Below are positions 1 through 9,016 of a stretch of 64,000 nucleotides of DNA, piece by piece. Location: the NCBI GenBank assembly GCA_963838395.1, contig CAWIQX010000014.1, positions 654,869 through 718,868 on the forward strand. The letters run 5' to 3'. Under the pieces are notes generated by a model that worked only from the letters and a program-made list of their open reading frames with translations, was not told the DNA's origin and searched no databases. Source of the stretch: an uncultured Actinomycetes bacterium (lineage in GTDB: Bacteria > Actinomycetota > Thermoleophilia > Gaiellales > Gaiellaceae). The number at the start of each line of letters is the position of its first letter. The first letter of the stretch is position 1. The position numbers and the translations under genes were made by a program.

Positions 1-1771
1 AGCGCGCACGACGAGGCATCGGGAATTCCGGAAGCGCCGTCGAGCAGCGTCACGGCCCAATCGATCCCCTCCTGCGGAGCGCTCGTCGCCCAGAAGTTCT
101 CGAGCGCGACGAGGAGCTCCAACCCCAGCTCGCGCTCGTCGCTCTCGAGTGCCCAGGTAATCGCCGCGCGCATGTTGTCGCGCTCGGGGATGACGAGATC
201 GTGTCGCTGCTGTCCCACGGACTCGGCGTCGAGGTTCGCCGAGCGCGCGATCGCGAGATAGTGCTCCGCATGGCGCGCCGCAGCGCTCGGCCTCGCCTTC
301 CGCCGCGTGCTTCTCTGCGGCGAGCTCGCGGATCGTCTCGAGCATCCAGTAGCGAGGGCCGAGATCGCCTGCCCGGCGGCGGAGCAGGCTCTTGTCGAGC
401 AGCGACTGGAGTGTGTCGGGGTCGGCCGTCGCACACCGCCTCGGCAGACTCGTACGTGCAGCCGCCCGCGAAGACCGATAGCCCTCGAAAGAGCCTCTGC
501 TCCGCGTCGTCGAGCAGGTCGTACGACCACTCGATCGTCGCTCGGAGCGTCTGCTGGCGCGGGTCTGCGTCCGGCCCGCCTTGAGCAGATCGAGCCTCTG
601 GGACAGCCGCTCGAGGAGCTGCTCCGGTGAGAAGACGACCGTGCGGGCTGCCGCGAGCTCGAGTGCCAACGGCAGGTTGTCCAGGCGCGAGCAGAGCTCC
701 ACGACGACCTCGGAGGTTTGCACGGCAGGTTCGAGCGCGCGCGCGCGGGTCATGAAGAGCTCCACTCCGTCGTCGTCCGCGAGCGTGGGAACCGCGTATA
801 CGTGCTCGCCCTGCAGCTGCAGACGCTCGCGACTCGTGACGAGGATCGTCGGCCCCTGGGCGTCGCGAAGACGCGCGATCTCGTGAGCGACGGCGGGTAG
901 AAGGTGCTCGGCGTTGTCGAGGAGAAGCAGCGCGCGCTTGCCGTCGAGGCGCTCGACCACGCTCTCGGCGAGCTCGCGTCCCGGCCGCTCCTCGACCCGG
1001 AGCGCATCGCGCAGCGAGGAGACGAGAGGTGCGCGTCGCGGAGCGAAGCCAGCGACACCCACCAGAGCCGTCGGGAAGGACTCCGAGGCCTCGGCCGACG
1101 CCTGAAGCGCGAGCCGCGTCTTTCCCGTACCACCGGGGCCGCTCAGCGTGAGAAGCCGGACGATCCTCTTTCTGCAAGAGCTCCACGATCTCCGCAAGCT
1201 CGCGCTCACGCCCGACCATCGCTGTCGTGGGCACGGGCAGATTCGTCTGGTACAGGCTCTTGAGCCGTGGGAACTCTCGCTCGCCGAGCTGGAAGACCCG
1301 TTCCGGCGCGCGAGATCCTTGAAGCGGTGCTCGCCGAGATCGAGGAGCGGCACTCGCAGGCTCGGTGCGAGCGCGGCGGTCGCGGCGGATACGAGCACCT
1401 GGCCGCCGTGGCCGGAGGCGGCGATGCGCGCCGCGCGATGAACGTCCGCGCCCACGTAGCCCTCGTCGGTCAGGAGGGCGTGCCGGTGTGCAGGCCGATC
1501 GCGGACCTGCACTCGGCCCGAGCTCAGTCCCTCAACGATCGCACGGGACGCCTCGAGTGCGCCGGGGGCGGTGGGAAAGGCGAAGAAGAAGGCATCGCCT
1601 TGGGTGTCCACCTCGGCGCCACCCTGCTCGGCGCACGACTCGCGGACGATCCGCCGGTGCTCGGCGAGCGCCGCCGCATAGCTCTCGGCGCCGAGCTCGT
1701 CGAGGAGCTGTAGAGCCCTCGACGTCGGTGAAGAGGAAGGTGACGGTGCCGGCCGGGAGATCGGTGCGCAC
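1..1771 (-). pseudogene. Class III adenylate/guanylate cyclase fused to STAND (NB-ARC-like) ATPase and TPR-like repeats; C-terminus runs off the window; frame broken about 8 times (true pseudogene or assembly indels)
   Basis: Minus-strand motifs are spread over three frames: VRTDLPAGTVTFLFTDVEGST (GTG start at 1771, 41 nt downstream of the nuoN stop), DTQGDAFFFAF, R-IGLHTG-TP split by paired indels, AARIAASGHGGQVLVS, PERVFQLGEREFPRLKSLY, VGRERELAEIVELL, Walker A LSGPGGTGKTRLAL, ALLLLDNAEHLL, QTLRATIEWSYDLLDDAEQRLFRGLSVFAGG. Helical repeats are still open at base 1. Frame changes lie near 1712, 1497, 1472, 1308, 1160, 585, 430, 290. Confidence 0.75.
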
Positions 1772-1812
1772 GGCGAGATCATGCGCAGAATTGCGCCGAC
1801 TCAAGGGCCGGA

Positions 1813-3276
1813 TCAGAAGGAAAGCGAGGTAGCCGCCTCGGAAGCCAGGTCGAGAATCGGCTGCGCGGCGAAGAACGAGCCGACGGTCACGACGACCGCC
1901 GCCGTCACGGCGATCCCGAGTGCGAGCTCGCGCGGTGGCGAGCCGCCGGCGGGAGCGAGTCGGAGCTCCGTGCCGGAGCGCATGTACAGCCAGCGGACGA
2001 TGTTCAGGTAGTACGCGAGCGAGAGCGCGGTCGCTGCGACGCCGACGAGCACGAGCCACCAGTCCCCCGCTTCGTACGCCGCCGAGAAGACGAAGAGCTT
2101 CCCGAAGAAGCCGCCGGTCAGCGGGAAGCCCGCCATGCCCAGCATGAAGATCCACAGAGCCGCGCCGTAGAACGGCCGTTCCCAGCCGAGCCCGGCGAGC
2201 CCCTCGAGCGTGACGGGCTTGTCGAGCTCGCGCTCTCGCGCGGCGACGACCGCGAACGCGCCGACCGACATCGCGGAGTAGGGGACGAGATAGAAGAGCA
2301 GCGCCTCGGCTCCCCGCTCGCTCGCCGCCGCGATCGCGATCAGCATGAATCCTGCGTGCGAGACCGAGGAGAAGGCGAGGATCCGTTTCACGTCGCGCTG
2401 CGCGAGCGCCGCCAAGTTCCCCCACGCGAGTGAGATGCAGGCGATTACCGCGACCGCGACCGTCCAGATCTCGCTCTCGTCCGGGAACGCCGTGACGAGC
2501 ACCCGCAGGGTGACGACGAGCGCCGCGGTCTTCGTCGCCGCGGACATGAACGCGGTCACCGACGTCGGCGCCCCCTGGTACACGTCCGGCGTCCACATGT
2601 GGAAGGGCGCGGCTGAGACCTTGAAGGCGAGCCCCGCGAGGATCATGGCCAGGCCCGTGACCAGGAAGGCGTCGTCCCCCGCGTCCGCCGCGGCGATCTG
2701 CGCGAACCCCAGCTCCTCGGTTGCTCCGAAGACCAGCGCGGAGCCGAAGAGCAGCACCGCCGAGCCGAACCCGCCGACGATCACGTACTTGAGGCCGGCC
2801 TCGAGCGAGGTCGCGCGATCGGTGTCGATGGCGACGAGGACGTAGAGGCAGAGCGAGAACCACTCGAGACCGAGGAAGAGCGTCATCAGGTTCTCGGCCT
2901 GGACGAAGAACATCATCCCCGCGCCCGCGGCTGCGAGCAGCGAGTAGTACTCGGCGTGGTGTCTCGGGCGGCGCTCGGACCAGGCGGCGAACACGACGAC
3001 TGCACCCGTGATCGCGAGGATGAGCTGCGCCAGGGCGCCCAGCTGGTCGCGAACCATCGACTCGGAGAGCAGGACCTCCGGCTGCGGCGTCTCGTCGAAG
3101 ACGATCCCGGCGAAGACCGCGGCGACGACGAATCCCGCGAAGACCGCGACGGCGGAGACGGTCTTGCGCATCCACGCCGGGACGAGAACGGCCGCGAGAA
3201 GCGCGATGCCCGAGGCTCCGAGCAGCGCCAGCACGGGGGAGAGCGCGAGCCAGTCGACCTTCGGGGTCTCGATCAC
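1813..3276 (-). CDS. nuoN: NADH-quinone oxidoreductase subunit N
   Basis: Intact 487-aa polytopic ORF with ND2/NuoN core (LAFKVSAAPFHMWTPDVYQGAPTSVTAFMS). The GTG start overlaps the nuoM stop (GTGA, 3273-3276). Last gene of the canonical nuoA-N order. Confidence 0.93.
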   Translation of the reverse strand: MIETPKVDWLALSPVLALLGASGIALLAAVLVPAWMRKTVSAVAVFAGFVVAAVFAGIVFDETPQPEVLLSESMVRDQLGALAQLILAITGAVVVFAAWSERRPRHHAEYYSLLAAAGAGMMFFVQAENLMTLFLGLEWFSLCLYVLVAIDTDRATSLEAGLKYVIVGGFGSAVLLFGSALVFGATEELGFAQIAAADAGDDAFLVTGLAMILAGLAFKVSAAPFHMWTPDVYQGAPTSVTAFMSAATKTAALVVTLRVLVTAFPDESEIWTVAVAVIACISLAWGNLAALAQRDVKRILAFSSVSHAGFMLIAIAAASERGAEALLFYLVPYSAMSVGAFAVVAARERELDKPVTLEGLAGLGWERPFYGAALWIFMLGMAGFPLTGGFFGKLFVFSAAYEAGDWWLVLVGVAATALSLAYYLNIVRWLYMRSGTELRLAPAGGSPPRELALGIAVTAAVVVTVGSFFAAQPILDLASEAATSLSF

Positions 3277-4716
3277 CGGAATCCTTCGGAGATCACGCGA
3301 GCGGGCCGATCGCCCGGGAACGAGCTCTGGCTGACGAGCGCGGGCCAGACGGAGAGGGCGATCAAGCAGGCGACCAGGGGAAGCACGAGCGCGAGCTCTC
3401 CGATCCTCAGGTCGAGCGCTTCGTCACGGACCGCGCTCCCCGGGCGCACGTGCAGCACGGCCGAGATGAGCCGGAGCACGTACATCGCCGCCAGCACGAT
3501 CCCGAGCGCCACGACCGCCGCGTAGCCCCAGCCTTCCTCGTACACCCCGGCCATGATCAGGAACTCGCCCGCGAAGGTGACGGAGCCGGGGACCGCGAGC
3601 GCGACCATCCCGGCGACGAGGAGAACGGTGGCGAGGACGGGTCGTCCGCGGGCCATGCCGCCGAGCACCTCGAGCTCGCCGCTGCCGCAACGGCGCTCGA
3701 CCATCCCCACCAGCAGGAACATCGACGCGGAGATGAGCGCGTGGGCGACCGACTGGAGCACCGCGCCGTCGAGCCCGAGGTCATTGAGCGCGAAGAGCCC
3801 GAGGATGATGAGCCCCATCTGCGCGAGCGACGAGTAGGCGACGATCCCGCGCAGGTCGGGGGCGCGGAACGCGAGCAGCGAGCCGTACACGAGCCCCGCG
3901 CCCGCGAGGACGAGGATGACGCCCGGTGAAGTCTTCGACCGGCTCGGGGAACTTCGCGAGCACGATGACCAGGAACCCGTACACGGCCGTCTTCGACACG
4001 ATCGCCGAGAGAACGGCGGCGACCTCGGGCGGCGCCTCGCGGTATGTGAGCGGAAGCCAGCCGTGGAGCGGGAAGAGCGGCGCCTTCACCGCGAAAGCGA
4101 CCGCGAAGCCGAGGAAGATCCAGGTGTTGTCGCTCGTCCCCGACTCGAGCAGGCTGAACGTGCCCTGCGTGACGCCGAAGGCGACCACCGAGGCGAGCAT
4201 CAGCAGCGAGCCCGCCATCGTGTAGACGACGAACGTCAGCGTCGCCGCCTGACGCCGTGCGCCGCCCCAGACCCCGACGAGCACGTAGAGCGGGATGAGC
4301 ATCGCCTCGAAGGCGACGTAGAAGAGGAGGACATCCTGCGCCGCGAAGGTCGCGACCACTGCTCCGGTCAGGAAGAGCATCAGCGCGTGGTACGCGCGCG
4401 GCCGGTCGCGCCCGACCCAGAGCGCATAGCCGATCGCCGCTGCGGAGACGACGACGGCCGCGCCGGTCAGCCAGAGCGAGAAGCCGTAGAAGCCGACCGA
4501 GTACGAGATCCCCAGGCTTTCGATCCACTCCTCGTTCGTCCCGAGCTGGAGGCCGCTGTCGTCGAAGTCGAAGCGGGCCGCGGTGACGATCCAGAGACCG
4601 ACCTCCATGAGCGCCGCCAGGAAGGCGAGCCCGGCGGTCATCTCCCGCGGCAACGGCAGGATCGCGATGACCAGCGCGGCAGCGACGGGGAGCAGGATGA
4701 GCGCGGTGGTCAGCAT
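3273..4716 (-). CDS. nuoM: NADH-quinone oxidoreductase subunit M (one frame disruption near 3925)
   Basis: The N-terminal two thirds lie in ORF 3781..4716 (LFYVAFEAMLIPLYVLVGVWGG, AVKAPLFPLHGWLP). The C-terminal third lies in ORF 3273..3890 (IVAYSSLAQMGLIILG). The join ..PVEDFT|VILVLAGAGLVYGSLL.. needs a 1-nt shift. Confidence 0.9.
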
Positions 4717-4719
4717 CTG

Positions 4720-6615
4720 CTAGCGCACCGCCACGAAGACGATGACGAGGACACAGACCGAGAACGCGATCGCCAGCGCATAGGTGCGGAGAAGCCCGCT
4801 CTGGACACGGGCGAGGCCGTCGCTCGCGATGATCGTTCCCGAGCCGATCTCGTCCAGCGAGCCCTCGATGACCGGCTCCTCGACCCTCCGCCGAAGCGCG
4901 CTCGAAAGCGCGGCGGCGGGTCGGGAGAAGACCGCGTCGTAGAGCTCGTCGAAGTAGAACTTGTGCTCGAAGAGGCGCCACGCAGTCGGCGCGGTCACGA
5001 GCTGGCGGTCGCTGAGGAAGGCGCGTCGCGCGAGGAGGAGCCCGACGATCCCGAGAGCGACCGAGATCGCGCTGACCAGGTAGTCCTCACGGATGCTCGC
5101 CTCGACGAGCGGCTCACCCGCCTCTTCGAGCCAGCGCGTGAGCGGATGCCAGACGCCTGGGATGGAGAGCAGACCGCCGACCGCGGCGAGCACGGCCAGG
5201 ATGCCGACCGGAACGAGCATCGAGAGCGGCCCCTCCCCCTGGTGGCTGTCGCCCGGTCTGTGGAACCACTGCCCCCTGCGTCGACGGCTCTCCCTGAAAC
5301 ACCGTGAAGTAGAGGCGGAACGCGTACGCACCCGTGAGCACGCACGCCCAGCGAGGCAGGCGACGAAGAGCGTCCAGCCGAGGGCGTCGCCGCGGGCGAG
5401 CGTCGACGCGATGATCGCGTCCTTCGACCAGAACCCCGCGAAGGGCGGCAGGCCGACGAGCGCCACGGTGCCGATCAGGAACGCGACGTGCGTCCGGGGC
5501 AGCGCCTTCTTCAGGCCGCCCATCCGGCGGATGTCCTGCTCGTCGTGCAGATGGTGGATGACGACGCCCGCGGCGAGAAAGAGCAGCGCCTTGAAGAAGG
5601 CGTGCGTCATCAGGTGGAAGATGGCGAAGCCGTAGGCGCCGATCCCCGCGCCGAGGAACATGTAGCCGATCTGCGACATCGTCGAGTAGGCGATGACCCG
5701 CTTGATGTCCCACTGCACGAGCGCGACGAGACCTGCGACGAGGAGCGTCACGGCTCCGAGGATCGCCGCGAGCGCCTGGATGTCCGGCGCCGCCTCGAAG
5801 ATCGGGTGCGCACGCACCAGCAGGTAGACGCCCGCGGTGACCATCGTCGCCGCGTGGATCAGCGCCGAGACCGGGGTCGGGCCCTCCATCGCGTCCGGGA
5901 GCCAGGTGTGCAAGGGGATCTGTGCGGACTTCGCCGCCGCGCCGCCGAGCAGCCCGAGGGCGACGAGATTGACGATCGTGCTCGAGAGCCCGTCGACCTC
6001 GTCGAAGACCCCGGTGAACTCGAGCGTCCCCGTGCTCCAGATCAGGAGGACGAGCGCGAGCGCGAAGGTCGCGTCGCCGATCGCGTTCATGACGAACGCC
6101 TTCTTCGCGGCCGCGACCGCCTCCGGACGCTTGTGCCAGAAACCGATCAGCAGGTACGACGCGAGCCCGACGAGGCCCCAGCCGACGAGCAGGAGGAGGA
6201 AGTTCCCCGCCTGCACGAGCAGGAGCATCGAGAAGACGAAGAGCGACATGTACGCGAAGAACCGGCGCTCCTCGTCGTCGCCGGCCATGTAGCCCATCGA
6301 GTACCAGACGATCAGCCCGCCGACCCCGGAGACGATCAGCATCATCACGACCGAGAGTGGGTCGACGAGGATCTCGAAGCCGACCTGGAAGTCGCCTGCG
6401 GCGAGCCATGTGTACGCGGTCGAGAGCTGCTCGCGCTCGCTCGCGTCGCGCGACCAGAGTCCGAAGAACGCAACGAGCGCGCCGGCGAAGGCGACGAAGG
6501 TCGTGAGGGTCGAGATCCAGCCTGCGGCGCGCCGCGAGATCCACGGGCCGGCGAGCGTGATGGCGAGCGCGCCGCCGAGCGGCGCGAGCAGGCAGATCCA
6601 GGCGCCGGTCGTCAT
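4720..6615 (-). CDS. nuoL: NADH-quinone oxidoreductase subunit L (two compensating frame shifts about 5250-5350)
   Basis: 631-aa ORF with ND5 motifs GWGLVGLASYLLIGFWHKRPEA and IPLHTWLPDAMEGPTPVSALIHAATMV. The conserved helix LTGAYAFRLYFTVFQGEPS is read only in the alternative frame (ORF 5114..6544). Confidence 0.9.
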   Translation of the reverse strand: MTTGAWICLLAPLGGALAITLAGPWISRRAAGWISTLTTFVAFAGALVAFFGLWSRDASEREQLSTAYTWLAAGDFQVGFEILVDPLSVVMMLIVSGVGGLIVWYSMGYMAGDDEERRFFAYMSLFVFSMLLLVQAGNFLLLLVGWGLVGLASYLLIGFWHKRPEAVAAAKKAFVMNAIGDATFALALVLLIWSTGTLEFTGVFDEVDGLSSTIVNLVALGLLGGAAAKSAQIPLHTWLPDAMEGPTPVSALIHAATMVTAGVYLLVRAHPIFEAAPDIQALAAILGAVTLLVAGLVALVQWDIKRVIAYSTMSQIGYMFLGAGIGAYGFAIFHLMTHAFFKALLFLAAGVVIHHLHDEQDIRRMGGLKKALPRTHVAFLIGTVALVGLPPFAGFWSKDAIIASTLARGDALGWTLFVACLAGRACSRVRTRSASTSRCFRESRRRRGQWFHRPGDSHQGEGPLSMLVPVGILAVLAAVGGLLSIPGVWHPLTRWLEEAGEPLVEASIREDYLVSAISVALGIVGLLLARRAFLSDRQLVTAPTAWRLFEHKFYFDELYDAVFSRPAAALSSALRRRVEEPVIEGSLDEIGSGTIIASDGLARVQSGLLRTYALAIAFSVCVLVIVFVAVR

Positions 6616-6616
6616 C

Positions 6617-6925
6617 TCAGCCCCTGAGCGCGCTTGCCTGGTCGACGTCGAGGGCCATGTCCCGCCTCGCCATGGCGACGATGAGCCCGAGGCCGATCGC
6701 GACCTCGGCCGCGGCGACCGCCATCACCGCGAGCGCGAAGATCTGGCCGTCGAGGCTCCCATGTTGGCGTGCGAACGCGATCAGGGCGAGGTTCGCGCCG
6801 TTCAGCATGATCTCGAGCGAGAGGAGCACGATCAGCGGGCTGCGGCGGAGCATCACCCCGAGCGAGCCGATCCCGAAGAGCATCGCGGCGACGATCAGAT
6901 ACCAGCCCACGCCGGGGCCGGACAT
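6617..6925 (-). CDS. nuoK: NADH-quinone oxidoreductase subunit K
   Basis: 102 aa, 3 TM, ND4L-like (LSLEIMLNGANLALIAF). ATGA overlap with the nuoJ stop; 1-nt gap to the nuoL start. Confidence 0.9.
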   Translation of the reverse strand: MSGPGVGWYLIVAAMLFGIGSLGVMLRRSPLIVLLSLEIMLNGANLALIAFARQHGSLDGQIFALAVMAVAAAEVAIGLGLIVAMARRDMALDVDQASALRG

Positions 6926-7452
6926 CAGGGCCGCTCTCTCTCGTGTGTCGTCCCGAGCACGACCCCGCCGATGGCCGCCACGAGCAGCACGATCGAGGTG
7001 ATCTCGAACGCGAGCAGATGGTCGGTGAGGAAGAGCTCGCCGATCGCGGCCGGGCTCCCGAACGCCTCCGAGATCTCGGCCGGATCCTTGAGGTCGTCAC
7101 CCCACGCGAGCCCGAGCACGACGACGACCTCGACGAGGAGCGCGACCGCCGCGACCACTGCCGCCGTCTGCAGGATCGGCGAGCCGCCGGCCCAGGGTGC
7201 GTCTGCTCGACCGCCGAGGTAGGCGATGACGAAGAGGAACATGACCATCACCGCGCCGGCGTACACGAGTACTTGCGCGGCCGCCAGGAACTCCGCGGCG
7301 AGCAGGAGGTAGAGGACCGCGAGCGAGGCGAGGTTCCCGATCAGGGCGAGCGCGGAGTAGAACGGATTCGTGAGGGTGACGACGGCGATGCCGCTCCCGA
7401 GACAGGCGCCTGCCGCCAGGAACCACACGATCCACACGAGCACATTCCCCAT
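6925..7452 (-). CDS. nuoJ: NADH-quinone oxidoreductase subunit J
   Basis: 175-aa hydrophobic ND6-like ORF lying between nuoI and nuoK. Confidence 0.85.
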   Translation of the reverse strand: MGNVLVWIVWFLAAGACLGSGIAVVTLTNPFYSALALIGNLASLAVLYLLLAAEFLAAAQVLVYAGAVMVMFLFVIAYLGGRADAPWAGGSPILQTAAVVAAVALLVEVVVVLGLAWGDDLKDPAEISEAFGSPAAIGELFLTDHLLAFEITSIVLLVAAIGGVVLGTTHERERP

Positions 7453-7523
7453 CTAGTTTCCGCTCAAGATCCTTAAAGGCGCCCGCTTCGCGGCCGCTGT
7501 CTCGGTGGTGACTCTGGCAGCCT

Positions 7524-8018
7524 TCATGATCGCGTCTTGTAGGACGGCTCGGGCGTGTCGTACCGAGCCTTGTCTGCGACCGGAACACGCTTGATCGGCT
7601 CGGCCAGGAGCATGTCCTTGGTGTAGATGAGGTCGTCGCGAGAGTACTCCGCGATCTCGAACTCGTTTCCGAGCGTGATCGCGTCGAACGGGCACGCGAG
7701 CTCGCAGTACCCGCAGAAGATGCAGCGGCTCATGTTGATCTCGTAGATCCGCGCGTAGCGCTCGCCGGCCGAGACCCGGTTCCCCGGCGTGTTCTCCTCG
7801 GCGACGACCCGGATGCAGTCCGCGGGACAGGCGGCCGCGCAGAGCGAGCAGCCGACGCACTTCTCGAGGCCGTTCTCGTGCTTCCACAGCCGATGCCGAC
7901 CACGGAAGCGCGGATAGACGGGTCGCTTGTACTCGGGGTACTGCTGCGTGATCGGCCGCCGGAAGATCTGCTTGAAGGTGACGGCGAAGCCCTTGAACGA
8001 ATCGAGCGGCTGCGGCAT
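7524..8018 (-). CDS. nuoI: NADH-quinone oxidoreductase subunit I (2x 4Fe-4S ferredoxin)
   Basis: 164 aa from MPQPLDSFKG. Cluster motifs CVGCSLCAAACP and CIFCGYCELACP. The ATG at 8016-8018 overlaps the nuoH stop (ATGA). It is the C-terminal part of the read-through ORF 7524..9299. Confidence 0.93.
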   Translation of the reverse strand: MPQPLDSFKGFAVTFKQIFRRPITQQYPEYKRPVYPRFRGRHRLWKHENGLEKCVGCSLCAAACPADCIRVVAEENTPGNRVSAGERYARIYEINMSRCIFCGYCELACPFDAITLGNEFEIAEYSRDDLIYTKDMLLAEPIKRVPVADKARYDTPEPSYKTRS

Positions 8019-9016
8019 CAGAGCCACACCACCAGAAAGGCGGTCACGATCGCGTTCAGCGTGGCGACGGGCAGGAGCACCTTCCAGCCGAAGCGCATCA
8101 GCTGGTCGTAGCGCAGGCGCGGCAGCGTCGTCCGGATCCAGATGAAGACGTAGAGCAGGAGCAGGAGCTTGAGGAGGAACCAGAGCGGCGCCAGCCAGCT
8201 CGGCCCATCCCAGCCTGGCCCGTGCCAGCCGCCGAAGAACAGCGTGATGCACAGGCCGGAAAGGGTGATCAGGTTGATGTACTCGCTCATCGTGAAGAGG
8301 CCGAAGCGCATCCCGCCGTACTCGGTGTGGTAGCCCGCGACGAGCTCCTGCTCGGCCTCCGGAAGGTCGAAAGGCGCTCGAGCCGTCTCGGCGGTGCCGG
8401 CGAAGAGGAAGACGACCAGACCCACGAACTGGGGCACCGCGTACCAGACAGGCCCTTCCTGGGCGGCGACGATCTCGGTCAGCGAGAGCGACCCGGCCAT
8501 GAGCACGACGCCGAGCACGGAGAGCGCGAGCGAGACCTCGTACGAGACGAGCTGGGCACAGGTGCGCATCGAGCCGAGGAGCGCGTACTTCGAGTCCGAA
8601 GCCCAGCCGCCGATGATGAAGCCGTACACGCCGACCGAGCCGATGGCGAAGACGAGGATCAGCGCGATGTCGACGTCGGCGACCTGGCCCGGGATATAGA
8701 CGCCGCCGACCTCCCAACCGGGCCCGAACGGGATGACGGAGAACGTGGTGAGGGCGGTGAACGCGGCGAGGAACGGCGCGAACAGGTAGAGGCGGTCGAT
8801 CGCCGCGGTCGGATAGAAGCTCTCCTTGTTCAGGAGCTTCACGAGGTCGGCGATCGGCTGGAGAAGGCCGTAGGGACCCGCGCGGTTCGGCCCGTAGCGA
8901 AGCTGCATCCGCCCCATCACCTTGCGCTCGGCGAGGGTCAAGTAGGCGAATGTCGCCATCACGAGGTTGATCACGATCGCCGACTGGATCAGGCTCACGT
9001 ACCACTCGACCTTCAC
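8018..9016 (-). CDS. nuoH: NADH-quinone oxidoreductase subunit H
   Basis: ND1-like: QLRYGPNRAGPYGLLQPIADLVKLL and VAGYHTEYGGMRFGLF. The GTG at 9014-9016 overlaps the nuoG stop (GTGA). Confidence 0.93.
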   Translation of the reverse strand: MKVEWYVSLIQSAIVINLVMATFAYLTLAERKVMGRMQLRYGPNRAGPYGLLQPIADLVKLLNKESFYPTAAIDRLYLFAPFLAAFTALTTFSVIPFGPGWEVGGVYIPGQVADVDIALILVFAIGSVGVYGFIIGGWASDSKYALLGSMRTCAQLVSYEVSLALSVLGVVLMAGSLSLTEIVAAQEGPVWYAVPQFVGLVVFLFAGTAETARAPFDLPEAEQELVAGYHTEYGGMRFGLFTMSEYINLITLSGLCITLFFGGWHGPGWDGPSWLAPLWFLLKLLLLLYVFIWIRTTLPRLRYDQLMRFGWKVLLPVATLNAIVTAFLVVWL

